A stretch of DNA of 63,706 nucleotides, the filler included, from Bradymonadales bacterium (GTDB taxonomy: Bacteria > Bdellovibrionota > UBA2394), in NCBI GenBank assembly GCA_007693605.1. It is 3 parts of 3 records of this genome, joined end to end, with 100 filler letters (N's around TTAATTAATTAA, not from the genome) between each part and the next. Parts side by side here need not be neighbours in the genome. Positions count along the whole stretch, not along the records: positions 1 to 23,508 come from REDG01000078.1; 2 more parts are not named here. The stretch is one strand, 5' to 3'. A program made the translations under genes and the position numbers. This document shows, piece by piece, positions 8,897 through 18,535 of this stretch (within the stretch, counting starts at the first letter, position 1; each line of letters begins with the position of its first letter). Under the pieces are notes generated by a model. The model saw nothing but the letters and a program-made list of their open reading frames with translations. It had not been told where the DNA came from and made no database searches.

Positions 8897-10732
8897 ATGA
8901 TGAAAAACCAATGGATTGTTATCGGGCTCGTGGCGGCACTAAGCGCATGTCACGGACCCGTTCCGAGTGGGCAACTGCCGTCGAATGAAGTTCGAGCGGA
9001 ACGAATGAGCAAAGCCAAATTCGATGAAAGCACAAAGCGCTTTACCGATCAGATCCAGTTGCAGTTGCAGCCAGGGGTCTCGCTTGACGAGTTTGTGATA
9101 GATATGGCCAATGAGCACGGGGTAGTGCTCTCGCTTCTCGATCGGGTGCCGAATCGAGAAATCTATCTGTTTGAGTATCACTCAAAAGCCGACATTTCGT
9201 CGGTTGCCGAGAAACTTCGAACAGATCAACGAGTGCGGCGAGTGGGCGCAAACTATCGAATAGAAGTGGAGGGCTTTTCACTTCAAAGCACAGACCCCTT
9301 GCAGCGAGATCAGTGGGCGCTATTCAATCGAGGCCAAGATATTCCTAGAGCGTTGGCGGGTCGAATCGGAGCCGACATTGACTTTGATCTTGAGATGACA
9401 CAGGGAAGTCATGAAGTGGTGGTAGCGGTGGTGGACACGGGCATCGACTACTATCACGAAGATCTTGCCATTACAGAAATTCGGGATGGCAGGCGAGTCA
9501 TTTTGCCTGGGAGTAATATCTGGACGAATCCTGATGAGCGAAAGGATGGGACGAACACCGACAATAACCGGAGTCGGGGAGTCTCCTTTGTGGATGACCT
9601 TCATGGCTACAACTTTGTTCATGGCAATGGCGATCCGATGGACGATCACGGGCACGGCACCCATGTGGCGGGAGTGATTGGGGCCCTTCGAGACAATATG
9701 AAGGGGATCATTGGCATGAACGCCCAAGTGTCTCTGATGGGGGTCAAGTTTTTGAGCGCCCATGGTGGAGGAAGTAGTTGGGGCGCTGAGCAGTCCATTT
9801 ACTATGTGGTCGACATGGCGAAGAGATTTCCTGAGAAGCGCTGGATTATGAACCACTCTTGGGGTTCCTCTAGTCGGGGAACCGAAGAGGGTGTTTTAGA
9901 CGACTTTCTCTTCTTGGCTTTTGAAGAGTCGGCAGAGGCTGGGATTTTCAATGCCGCTGCGGCTGGGAACTCGGCGGAGAGCAACCGCTTCAGCGGCAGC
10001 TTTCCTTCAAACTATTCGCGAGATCTGCCGGGCTTCGTTTCGGTCGCGGCCAGTAATCATCTTGATCAGTTGGCAGAATTTTCGAGCTACGGCTACGGAA
10101 TGGTGGATGTCGCCGCCCCCGGGGTCTTGATTCAATCAACGGTTCTGAACAACGGCTATGCCGCTTGGAGTGGAACGAGTATGGCGACTCCTCATGTTGC
10201 CGGTTTGGCCGCCTTGATTTGGGCCCAGGAGCCTCATCTCTCGGCTGAAGCCGTCAAGCATCGCATTCTGACAACGGCAGATGATCTGCCTCAGTTGGAG
10301 GGGCTCGTCACGAGTGGAGGGAGAATCAATGTTCGCCGAGCTCTTGAGAATGATTTTACGGTGAGGCTGTTTGATCCTCCAAGCGTGGAGGTTCCGTATT
10401 CAAGAGTTTCGCCCCCGCTGAAGGCCAATCTCGACAACGACTTCGTCATGGAGATTGAATACCCTGGGGCCTCTCAGATTCAGGTCTGTTTCAAGAGCAT
10501 CTTTCTTGAAGATCCCTTTGATTGGCTGCAGATATACGGAAGGGATTTTGTGGTTCGAGATTTGATTACGGGTAGGGCGCTAGCTCGACAATGGCGACGC
10601 CATCGCGATGAGGATCTTTGTAGCGCGCCTATTCCTGGCGACAAGGTTCACATTAGATTGTTTACGGGTGCGGTCCCCTCTGATCAGGCGGGCTTCACAG
10701 GCTTTGAAATTGAACGATTGAAGGTGCAATAA
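8897..10732 (+). CDS. S8 (subtilisin) family serine peptidase, lipoprotein, with pro-region and C-terminal CUB-like domain
   Basis: lipobox LSAC; catalytic motifs VDTG, HGTHVAG and GTSMATP; oxyanion AAGN; C-terminal two-Cys domain ending GFEIE. Confidence 0.93.
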   Translation: MMKNQWIVIGLVAALSACHGPVPSGQLPSNEVRAERMSKAKFDESTKRFTDQIQLQLQPGVSLDEFVIDMANEHGVVLSLLDRVPNREIYLFEYHSKADISSVAEKLRTDQRVRRVGANYRIEVEGFSLQSTDPLQRDQWALFNRGQDIPRALAGRIGADIDFDLEMTQGSHEVVVAVVDTGIDYYHEDLAITEIRDGRRVILPGSNIWTNPDERKDGTNTDNNRSRGVSFVDDLHGYNFVHGNGDPMDDHGHGTHVAGVIGALRDNMKGIIGMNAQVSLMGVKFLSAHGGGSSWGAEQSIYYVVDMAKRFPEKRWIMNHSWGSSSRGTEEGVLDDFLFLAFEESAEAGIFNAAAAGNSAESNRFSGSFPSNYSRDLPGFVSVAASNHLDQLAEFSSYGYGMVDVAAPGVLIQSTVLNNGYAAWSGTSMATPHVAGLAALIWAQEPHLSAEAVKHRILTTADDLPQLEGLVTSGGRINVRRALENDFTVRLFDPPSVEVPYSRVSPPLKANLDNDFVMEIEYPGASQIQVCFKSIFLEDPFDWLQIYGRDFVVRDLITGRALARQWRRHRDEDLCSAPIPGDKVHIRLFTGAVPSDQAGFTGFEIERLKVQ

Positions 10733-11814
10733 TGAAAAGACGAATCGCTGCTCTAATATTGGTTCTAAGTTCGGCCGGCCTTTTAAGTGCTTGCAAGCCA
10801 GGTCCAGTCGACCCGCCCTTTCAGCGACAAATGATGACCGGGCCGGTAGACATTTCAAAACTAAAGATGGACGAGGAGCATCTCTATCACAGGCTTGGTG
10901 TCACTGCGCTCTGGTCGAAGACAGGGGGCCTCGATCCTCAAGGCAATCCCGTCGTTGTCGCCGTGATCGGTTCGGGGGTTGATTATACAAACCCCGACAT
11001 TCGGGACAGTCTTTGGATTAACTCGGGTGAAGTGGGTGAAAGAGCCTGGGCCAGCGGTTGGGACAATGACGGAAACGGCTACGCCGACGATGTGATCGGA
11101 TACGATTTCTATGACGGAGATCCCTGGCCTTATGATTGGCATGGGCATGACACCTATACTGCCAGCTTGATCGCTTCTTCGGGTCAGAGTGGTTCTGGTG
11201 TCGTTGGGGTTGCTCCTCAGGCGAAACTGATGGTGCTTCGAACCATCGGTGGTGACGGACGAGGCAACGCTTTTGACGCCTATCTGGCCATTCGTTACGC
11301 CGTGGATAACGGAGCGAGAATCATTTATCTGAACTGGCCTCAGGGTGGTTATGGCCCCTTGGCCAATCTAGTCCATCAAGGTTTAGAGTATGCGAAGACT
11401 AAAAATGTCTTGGTGGTTTTGCCGGCGGGGAATGACCGAAACCAAGGGGTCGGTCCACTCATCGACAGGCCCGATCTTGTTCAGATGGAAAATGTGATTG
11501 TGGTCGCGGGGGCAACCGAAGATGGTCGGCTTACAGACAGCACGAACTATGGTCTTGAAAGGGTGAGCTTGGCCGCTCCTGCCACCGAAAGTCTCGGCTA
11601 TTTTCCAAGGGGAGAAGTGGCCCGAGAAGCTCTCTCCACCTCATCCGTTGCAGCGGCCTATGTTACTGGAGCTGCCGCTTTAATCGCGAGCTTACCGGGC
11701 TATGGTCGAGCGGATCAGATTCGTGACGCGCTTCTGAAGAAAGGGGAGCGAGATCCGAATCTTCCAGTTTTATCTCAGTCGCGATTAAATCTTCATTCAT
11801 TGGCCAAACAATAA
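10732..11814 (+). CDS. S8 family peptidase homolog, lipoprotein, degenerate catalytic motifs
   Basis: lipobox LSAC; DNDGNGYADDVIGYDF and PAGN retained; catalytic Asp motif reads VIGSG, His motif HDTYTAS, Ser motif TSSVAAA. Confidence 0.88.
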   Translation: MKRRIAALILVLSSAGLLSACKPGPVDPPFQRQMMTGPVDISKLKMDEEHLYHRLGVTALWSKTGGLDPQGNPVVVAVIGSGVDYTNPDIRDSLWINSGEVGERAWASGWDNDGNGYADDVIGYDFYDGDPWPYDWHGHDTYTASLIASSGQSGSGVVGVAPQAKLMVLRTIGGDGRGNAFDAYLAIRYAVDNGARIIYLNWPQGGYGPLANLVHQGLEYAKTKNVLVVLPAGNDRNQGVGPLIDRPDLVQMENVIVVAGATEDGRLTDSTNYGLERVSLAAPATESLGYFPRGEVAREALSTSSVAAAYVTGAAALIASLPGYGRADQIRDALLKKGERDPNLPVLSQSRLNLHSLAKQ

Positions 11815-11825
11815 GTCGCTCGAAG

Positions 11826-11858
11826 AAGGGGGTCCTGATTCAACGGACCCCCTTTTTT
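11826..11858 (+). terminator. rho-independent terminator after the S8 operon
   Basis: AAGGGGGTCC-9 nt loop-GGACCCCCTT followed by a T-tract. Confidence 0.85.
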
Positions 11859-11984
11859 GAGACCTCTTCAACTTGTTTTCTTTGGGTGTTCTCGTTATTC
11901 TCAGAGTGATTCTAAGCGCTTGCGCAAGCCTAGATCGGTGTTTTCGCTCAGAAAATCATAGAGAAGTGTAAGGAGATCCCCTCG

Positions 11985-12659
11985 GTGTCGCAAATCGGCA
12001 GCTTTTTGATGTCAAATATTGGCCTGAAGATTCTGATGGCCGTTTCTGGAATTTTGATGAGTCTGTTTCTTCTGGCCCATGTTGCCGGAAATTTGATTAT
12101 TTTGGTCAGTCCAGAGGCTTTTAACGAATACGCTCACTTGCTTACTTCTAATAAGGCTCTGCTCTATTCGGCGGAGGCGGGGCTGGTGGCCGTGGTGGCG
12201 CTTCATATTTTTTCAGCCATTGTTTTGAGTCGCCGAAATCGGGCGGCTCGACCTCAAGCCTATGCCTACAAGAAGAATACGGGTTTGAGTCGAAGATCAT
12301 GGGCCTCTTCGAATATGATTTGGACGGGAAGCTTTATTGTGATCTTCCTCGTTTTTCACATTCTTCACTTCAAGTTCGGAGACTATGTTGAGACGGAGCA
12401 AGACGGGGTAGTGATGAGGGATCTTGCAGACACGGTCGTTGCTGGATTTTCGAACCCTTGGACGGTGGCCTTTTATGTTTTTGCTCTGATTTTGATTTTG
12501 ATGCACTTACGGCACGGAGTGCGAAGTGCGTTTGCGAGCTTGGGTCTGGAGAGTCTTCGATGGGCTCCGGCCATTCAAAAGACGAGCGATCTATTTGTTT
12601 TTGCTGTGATGGGGGCCTTCATTTTGATTCCCCTGTGGATATTGATTCTTGGAGTTTAA
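11985..12659 (+). CDS. sdhC: succinate dehydrogenase/fumarate reductase cytochrome b subunit
   Basis: five TM segments with heme-ligand His residues (HVAGN, LHI, FHILHF, HLRHG); directly upstream of sdhA. Confidence 0.9.
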   Translation: MSQIGSFLMSNIGLKILMAVSGILMSLFLLAHVAGNLIILVSPEAFNEYAHLLTSNKALLYSAEAGLVAVVALHIFSAIVLSRRNRAARPQAYAYKKNTGLSRRSWASSNMIWTGSFIVIFLVFHILHFKFGDYVETEQDGVVMRDLADTVVAGFSNPWTVAFYVFALILILMHLRHGVRSAFASLGLESLRWAPAIQKTSDLFVFAVMGAFILIPLWILILGV

Positions 12660-14576
12660 ATGATGAAGTTAGATGCAAAAATCCCCTCAGGCGACATTTC
12701 CGAAAAATGGACGCGCCACAAGTTTGAGATGAAGTTGGTGAGCCCGGCCAACCGAAGAAAACACCAGATCATCATTGTGGGCACAGGCTTGGCAGGGGCC
12801 TCTGCCGCAGCCACTCTGGGAGAAGCGGGCTATCAAGTGAAGTCCATCTTTTATCACGAGAGTCCTCGAAGGGCTCATAGCATTGCAGCGCAAGGCGGAA
12901 TCAATGCGGCAAAAAATTATCAGAACGATGGAGACAGCGTTTTTCGACTTTTCTATGACACCATCAAAGGGGGAGATTTTCGCGCCAGAGAAGCCAATGT
13001 TCATCGACTCGCAGAAGTGAGTACCTCCATCATCGACCAATGTGTTGCTCAAGGTGTGCCCTTTGCGAGGGAGTATGGCGGCACTCTCGCTAATCGAAGC
13101 TTTGGGGGGACTCAAGTTTCGAGAACTTTTTACGCTCGAGGACAGACCGGGCAGCAGCTTCTCTTGGGGGCCTACGGAGCCATGATGCGGCAGGTGGACG
13201 CCGGACAGGTGGAGATGCTGACTCGAAGAGAGTTCATGGATCTCGTGGTGGTCAACGGCCAAGCCCGTGGCGTGATCGTTCGAAATCTCTTAACGGGAGA
13301 ACTCGAGACTCATATGGGGAGTGCTGTTGTTCTGGCAACGGGTGGTTATTCGAATGTCTACTACCTTTCGACAAACGCTAAGCACAGTAATGTTTCTGCC
13401 ACCTGGCGTGCTTATAAAAAGGGTGCTCTTTTTGCGAATCCGTCTTTTATGCAGATTCACCCCACATGCATTCCTGTCTCTGGGGATTACCAGTCGAAGT
13501 TGACCCTGATGAGTGAGAGCCTTCGAAACGACGGCAGAGTCTGGGTGCCGAAACAGGCGGGAGACAAGCGAAGTCCAACACAAATTCCTGAGTCTGAAAG
13601 AGATTATTTTTTGGAGCGAAAGTATCCGAGCTTTGGCAATTTGGTTCCGAGAGATGTGGCCTCTCGTAATGCGAAGACCGTTTGTGACGAAGGACGGGGG
13701 GTTGGAAACAGCGGCGAGGCTGTCTATTTAGATTTTGCCGATGCCATCGGAAGATTGGGCCCTCAGAAGATTGCCGAGAAGTATGGAAACCTGTTTGAGA
13801 TTTACAGCAATATTACTGGCGAAGATCCATACAAACTTCCGATGCGAATCTTTCCGGCGCCCCACTATACGATGGGTGGCTTGTGGGTGGATTATCATCT
13901 GATGACGACTATTCCCGGCCTGTTTGCCATCGGAGAGGCCAACTTTTCAGATCACGGAGCCAACCGACTGGGCGCGAGTGCGCTGATGCAAGGCTTGGCC
14001 GACGGCTATTTTGTATTGCCCTACACCTTAGCCAACTATTTAGGGAACACGAGCCTGGCTTCAGTGTCTGATCAAGCGGATGAGGCAAAGGCCACTCGAA
14101 GATCGGTGGCGGAAAAAATCGATCGAATTCTTGGCGTCAAAGGGAAGACGCCTGTGACCGTCATTCATCGACGGCTCGGACGAGTCATGTGGAATTTTGT
14201 CGGGATGTCTAGGAGCAAAGAAGGTTGTCAGAAAGCGATTCAAGAGATTCGAGAACTTCGGGAAGAGTTTTGGAGCGATTGCGCCGTTCCGGGGGACGCG
14301 AACACCCTGAATCATTCGATTGAGCTGGCGGGTCGAGTGGCCGACTTTTTGGAGTTTGGGGAATTGATCGCAAAAGATGCTGAGACTCGAGAGGAGTCTT
14401 GTGGGTGTCATTTTCGAGAGGAATACCAGACCCCTGAAAACGAGGCTCTTCGTAACGACGACGCCTTTGCTCATGTGGCCGCTTTTGAGTACCAAGGCGA
14501 AGACAAAGAGGCCCTTCGACATCAAGAGGCTCTCGTCTTTGAGAATGTGAAACCCAGCCAGCGAAGTTACAAATGA
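12660..14576 (+). CDS. sdhA: succinate dehydrogenase/fumarate reductase flavoprotein subunit
   Basis: GTGLAG FAD motif, [10 protein letters not shown] covalent-FAD His, [17 protein letters not shown]. Confidence 0.95.
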   Translation: MMKLDAKIPSGDISEKWTRHKFEMKLVSPANRRKHQIIIVGTGLAGASAAATLGEAGYQVKSIFYHESPRRAHSIAAQGGINAAKNYQNDGDSVFRLFYDTIKGGDFRAREANVHRLAEVSTSIIDQCVAQGVPFAREYGGTLANRSFGGTQVSRTFYARGQTGQQLLLGAYGAMMRQVDAGQVEMLTRREFMDLVVVNGQARGVIVRNLLTGELETHMGSAVVLATGGYSNVYYLSTNAKHSNVSATWRAYKKGALFANPSFMQIHPTCIPVSGDYQSKLTLMSESLRNDGRVWVPKQAGDKRSPTQIPESERDYFLERKYPSFGNLVPRDVASRNAKTVCDEGRGVGNSGEAVYLDFADAIGRLGPQKIAEKYGNLFEIYSNITGEDPYKLPMRIFPAPHYTMGGLWVDYHLMTTIPGLFAIGEANFSDHGANRLGASALMQGLADGYFVLPYTLANYLGNTSLASVSDQADEAKATRRSVAEKIDRILGVKGKTPVTVIHRRLGRVMWNFVGMSRSKEGCQKAIQEIRELREEFWSDCAVPGDANTLNHSIELAGRVADFLEFGELIAKDAETREESCGCHFREEYQTPENEALRNDDAFAHVAAFEYQGEDKEALRHQEALVFENVKPSQRSYK

Positions 14577-14591
14577 GAAAGGGAGTGAAAA

Positions 14592-15368
14592 ATGACGGCT
14601 GACAACAAGAAGATGAAGATCAGCTTGAAAATTTGGCGGCAGGAAAGTCCGCAAGCCGCAGGTCATTTTGAGGCCTACGAGTTGGATGATGTCACACCTG
14701 AGATGTCATTTCTAGAAATGCTCGATCACTTGAATGAGAAGCTGGTCTCAGAGGGGAAGACGCCTGTCTACTTTGAGAGTGATTGTCGCGAAGGAATTTG
14801 TGGAACCTGTGGTCTGGTAATCAACGGGATTGCTCATGGCGTGGGGCCAAGAAAGGCCACTTGTCAGCTTCATATGAGAAGTTTTCAGGACGGTGAAACA
14901 ATTCATGTCGAACCCTGGCGCGCCAAAGCCTTTCCGGTGATTCAAGATTTGGGAGTGGATCGATCGGCTTTTGATCGCATTATTGCGGCAGGGGGTTATG
15001 TTTCTGTGAATACCGGAAACGCTCCAGACGGCAACAGTCTTCCGGTCGGGAAGACCACGGCAGAACAGGCTTTTGATGCCGCTGCATGCATTGGTTGCGG
15101 CGCGTGTGTCGCCGCTTGTAAAAACGCCTCCGCAAGTTTGTTCGTTTCCGCAAAGATTTCTCAGTATGCTCTACTTCCTCAAGGGCAGCCTGAGAGAGCT
15201 AGACGGGCAGGCGCCATGGTCGCTCAAATGGAAGAGGAGGCCTTTGGGTCTTGTACCAACGAGACGGAGTGTTCTGCGGTCTGTCCAAAGGGCATATCCT
15301 TCGAGAATATCGTCAGAATGAATCGGGAATTCCTTCGTTCCCAATTTGGCTCAACTGAGATTGAATAG
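14592..15368 (+). CDS. sdhB: succinate dehydrogenase/fumarate reductase iron-sulfur subunit
   Basis: CREGICGTC, CIGCGACVAAC and CTNETECSAVCP Fe-S motifs. Confidence 0.95.
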   Translation: MTADNKKMKISLKIWRQESPQAAGHFEAYELDDVTPEMSFLEMLDHLNEKLVSEGKTPVYFESDCREGICGTCGLVINGIAHGVGPRKATCQLHMRSFQDGETIHVEPWRAKAFPVIQDLGVDRSAFDRIIAAGGYVSVNTGNAPDGNSLPVGKTTAEQAFDAAACIGCGACVAACKNASASLFVSAKISQYALLPQGQPERARRAGAMVAQMEEEAFGSCTNETECSAVCPKGISFENIVRMNREFLRSQFGSTEIE

Positions 15369-15373
15369 AGACT

Positions 15374-16846
15374 ATGGGGCAAGACACGGGCTTCTCAGCT
15401 TCGGAACGACTCGAGTGGTACGAGAGAGTCTTTTCGCTAGGTCAGCTGGCCTCTCGAGAATCGGTCGAGAAGGTTTGTCAGTATTTGATGGATGACGCCA
15501 TGATGGCTGCCCGAGCACAAACGGGCTATTTGTTCCTTCTCGATCAAACGGCCGAGTTCCATTGTCTGCTTGCTCGAAGTGACAAGAGAGAAGATCTCTC
15601 ACCCGAAGATCGTCATTACAGCGAAACCATTATTCGGCGAGCACTCGAAATGACGGCTCCTCTGATTCTAGACGACGCCACGGCACACCCCGATTTTGGT
15701 CAGGCAAAGTCTGTGATTGTGGGTCAGTTGAAGTCTGTTTTGGTCTTGCCACTCTTTTTTGAGAAGAAGGCCATTGGGGCGATCTATTTAGAGAATCGAG
15801 ATCAGGCCGCTTACTTCTCGCCTGAGCTTTTAGAAGTTCTTACACTCTTTTCAACCCAGGGCGCGGTCATTCTTCATGGCAAGTTGGATCAGATCGACTT
15901 TCGAAGAGGGGCCGAGAGACTAGAAAAAGGACTCCACTCAAAAAATCCCAAAATGCAGGAAGTGATAAAGCAAATGCTAGCGGTGGCGAGCACCGAGTCT
16001 AGTGTGTTGATTCAGGGCGAGACCGGTACGGGCAAGGAGGTCTTAGCTCGAGAGATTCATCGTCAGAGTTCAAGGGCGCAACGAGACTTTGTCGCCATCA
16101 ACTGTTCTGCGATTCCTGAGAGTCTTTTGGAGAGCGAGCTCTTTGGTTACAAGAAGGGGGCCTTTACTGGGGCGGCTTCGGATCGTCAGGGTCTAATCAA
16201 AAAAGCCGACGGGGGGAGTTTGTTTCTAGATGAGATTGGAGACCTTCCACTTCATATGCAAGCGAAGCTACTGAGGGTTTTGCAAGATAAGTCCTTTTTT
16301 CCGGTAGGATCGACTCAAGAACAAGTCAGCGACTTTCGCCTGATTGCCGCAACTCATCGGCCGCTGGAAGAGGCGGTGGAGCAGGGAATCTTTAGGCAAG
16401 ATCTTTACTTTAGAATCAATACGATTTGTTTCGAGTTGCCGCCGCTTCGGGAGAGATCTGAAGACTTATTGGATTTGGCCCAAGAGTTTATTCAGCTCGC
16501 CGCCAACGAGCACAAAAAGAAGGTGAAGTCTCTAGACCAGGCCGCTGCTTCTGCTCTTTTGCAGCAAGCTTGGCCGGGGAATATTCGCCAGCTACAGAAT
16601 GCGATTCAGCGAGCCGTTGTGTTGAAATCTCCCGAAGAAGAAGTGATGAAGGCCGAAGACTTTCAGTTTCTTTCTGAGAAATCCGCTCCGACAACAGGAA
16701 TGGCGAAGCTGTCAGAGGCCAAAGAAGAGTTCATCAAAGACTATGTGAAGAAGGCCATTCTGATTCATCAAGGGAATAAAACCAAGGCCGCCAAAGCCCT
16801 AGGCGTGGATCCCAAAACTCTCTATCGGCATCTTTCTGGAAAGTAA
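15374..16846 (+). CDS. sigma54-dependent enhancer-binding protein (GAF-AAA+-Fis HTH)
   Basis: GETGTGKE, ESELFG, GAFTGA, LFLDEIG, WPGNIRQL, C-terminal HTH; N-terminal GAF-like region. Confidence 0.93.
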   Translation: MGQDTGFSASERLEWYERVFSLGQLASRESVEKVCQYLMDDAMMAARAQTGYLFLLDQTAEFHCLLARSDKREDLSPEDRHYSETIIRRALEMTAPLILDDATAHPDFGQAKSVIVGQLKSVLVLPLFFEKKAIGAIYLENRDQAAYFSPELLEVLTLFSTQGAVILHGKLDQIDFRRGAERLEKGLHSKNPKMQEVIKQMLAVASTESSVLIQGETGTGKEVLAREIHRQSSRAQRDFVAINCSAIPESLLESELFGYKKGAFTGAASDRQGLIKKADGGSLFLDEIGDLPLHMQAKLLRVLQDKSFFPVGSTQEQVSDFRLIAATHRPLEEAVEQGIFRQDLYFRINTICFELPPLRERSEDLLDLAQEFIQLAANEHKKKVKSLDQAAASALLQQAWPGNIRQLQNAIQRAVVLKSPEEEVMKAEDFQFLSEKSAPTTGMAKLSEAKEEFIKDYVKKAILIHQGNKTKAAKALGVDPKTLYRHLSGK

Positions 16847-16859
16847 GAGCCAGGGGTCT

Positions 16860-17351
16860 TCAGCCACGGTTGTGAGTTCTATGCCGAATCTGCTCTAGTT
16901 CTTGTATATCCAAGAGGTCGTGATCCCGACCTAGCGCTCGCTTTGATTGAATCAGGTCTTCAATCGACATCACACGACATGAATGTTCATAGAGTTCTAC
17001 TGAAACTGATTTTTTCTTTATTCGATCAAAACTTCCGACCCCAGAAACTTCCCCAATGATGTCGAGTATTCCTAAGTCTGTTTCGAGATATAGATTTTTC
17101 CATCCCTGAAAGTTTTGGGGTACATCAAGAAAGGACAACTTTTCTTTAGGGTTTCTTCTATGCTTTGGGTTGTACGGGCGAAGCAGCTCTCTCAGTTTCT
17201 CCAAATCATCTTCGCTCATTGACAAACAAATATCCAAGTCTCGCGTCACTCGAGAGGTTCCGTGAATAAGGCCGGCAAAACCCCCAATGACGACAAACTC
17301 AATCTTCGATTTGAGTAATACTTGAAGAAGTTGATTTAAATCGGTGGCCAC
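16860..17351 (-). CDS. nucleotidyltransferase (AbiEii/MenT/DUF6036-like), putative toxin
   Basis: IGGFA...RVTRDLDI and KRALGRDHDLLDI motifs; GTG start overlapping the upstream small ORF. Confidence 0.8.
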   Translation of the reverse strand: MATDLNQLLQVLLKSKIEFVVIGGFAGLIHGTSRVTRDLDICLSMSEDDLEKLRELLRPYNPKHRRNPKEKLSFLDVPQNFQGWKNLYLETDLGILDIIGEVSGVGSFDRIKKKSVSVELYEHSCRVMSIEDLIQSKRALGRDHDLLDIQELEQIRHRTHNRG

Positions 17352-17508
17352 TCTTTAACCTCTGTCGTTCTATCTCCAAAACTAAATCAAGCGCTTGCTG
17401 ATGCTGACGAAGGCGCCGCTCCACAGACAGAGCCAGATTGTACTCCACCTCACTCAAGCTTTCAGAAGCAGAGCCTGATCCTCTCCCTCTATCCTTACTC
17501 TCGTTCAT
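17299..17508 (-). CDS. small helical protein, putative partner/antitoxin of the nucleotidyltransferase
   Basis: 69 aa from ATG 17508 preceded by GGAGG; YNLALSVERRLRQHQQALDLVLE amphipathic helix; overlaps the NTase start. Confidence 0.6.
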   Translation of the reverse strand: MNESKDRGRGSGSASESLSEVEYNLALSVERRLRQHQQALDLVLEIERQRLKSGHRFKSTSSSITQIED

Positions 17509-17537
17509 GAGCCTCCAATGGGGCATGATTGACCGTT

Positions 17538-17559
17538 CTTTGTCAAAACTTTGTCAAAA
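17538..17559. repeat. 11-bp tandem direct repeat upstream of the small-ORF/NTase pair
   Basis: CTTTGTCAAAA x2. Confidence 0.7.
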
Positions 17560-17738
17560 GTCAGCTTGGCAGACACTTCGGCAAGCCCCTAAAGCCATTT
17601 CTTAAGAGCTACACCGTTTTTTGGGGCTCAGCCATACAAAGATATAAAATTCTTAGCATCGAATTCCTGAAGCGAGACAGGTCTGCGAGCTAAACTGCAC
17701 TGAGATAGTTTTGACATCCCGCACTGACGCGGCTAGCA

Positions 17739-17789
17739 AAACTGCACTAAACGGGCCTCTAAACTGCACTAAACGGGCCTCTAAACTGC
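17739..17789. repeat. 22-bp tandem direct repeat (2.3 copies)
   Basis: AAACTGCACTAAACGGGCCTCT x2 plus AAACTGC; an extra TAAACTGCACT at 17691-17701. Confidence 0.85.
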
Positions 17790-17833
17790 TTTTGTTTTTG
17801 GGATGACATCGAGCTCCGTTATACTGAAGCTTC

Positions 17834-18535
17834 ATGGTGGATGTGATTCTCGCAGGTTCGAATTGGTTTGGGGAGTGGTGGAATCTACATACTTATGTGG
17901 CTGCGATGGTCGTGGCGATTGTTTGTGGTCTGATCATCGGGCTGGAGCGAGAAAGCCGGGGGAAGCCTGCAGGGGCCCGAACCCTGGTGCTGATTTGCCT
18001 GGGCTCTGCGATCTTTGCAAAGCTCTCTGAGATGATGGCCGGGATTTATGGCGACCCTTCTAGGATCGCCGCTCAAATTGTCAGTGGAATTGGATTTTTA
18101 GGCGCCGGGGCGATTCTGCAGCAGAGTGAAAAGGGCTATATTGCGGGTCTCACAACAGCGGCCACTATTTGGGTCACAGCGGCGGTCGGGATTGTGGTCG
18201 GGGCGGGCTATTATCTCTATGCGCTGATCAGCATGGTCTTCATTGTGGCCTCTCTTCGTTTGATTCGAAGTCTTGAAAGGCAGCTCTTTCATGTGAGGAA
18301 TCTTGAGAAGAGAATCATTCGCTTTCAAAGTAATCATGGAAAAACGGTTTGGAAGATCATGGGCCTGTTGGAGGATCATATGATTCACTCCAATGAGTAC
18401 AAGATTCGATCAGCCAACGGCGACGAACACTCAGAACTTGAGTTGAGCTACAACCGAACGAATCGAAACCATCGGGGCTTTTTGTCAGATGTCGCGACCA
18501 TGAAAAGCGTGACAGAGATTCGATCTAATTCTTAA
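17834..18535 (+). CDS. MgtC/SapB family membrane protein
   Basis: IGLERE, AGARTLVLI, DPSRIAAQIVSGIGFLGAGAI, GLTTAATIW. Confidence 0.92.
   Translation: MVDVILAGSNWFGEWWNLHTYVAAMVVAIVCGLIIGLERESRGKPAGARTLVLICLGSAIFAKLSEMMAGIYGDPSRIAAQIVSGIGFLGAGAILQQSEKGYIAGLTTAATIWVTAAVGIVVGAGYYLYALISMVFIVASLRLIRSLERQLFHVRNLEKRIIRFQSNHGKTVWKIMGLLEDHMIHSNEYKIRSANGDEHSELELSYNRTNRNHRGFLSDVATMKSVTEIRSNS

Noticed and set aside
17739..17789. Tandem repeats as a CRISPR array
   Set aside because: The units are contiguous with no spacers and there are no cas genes
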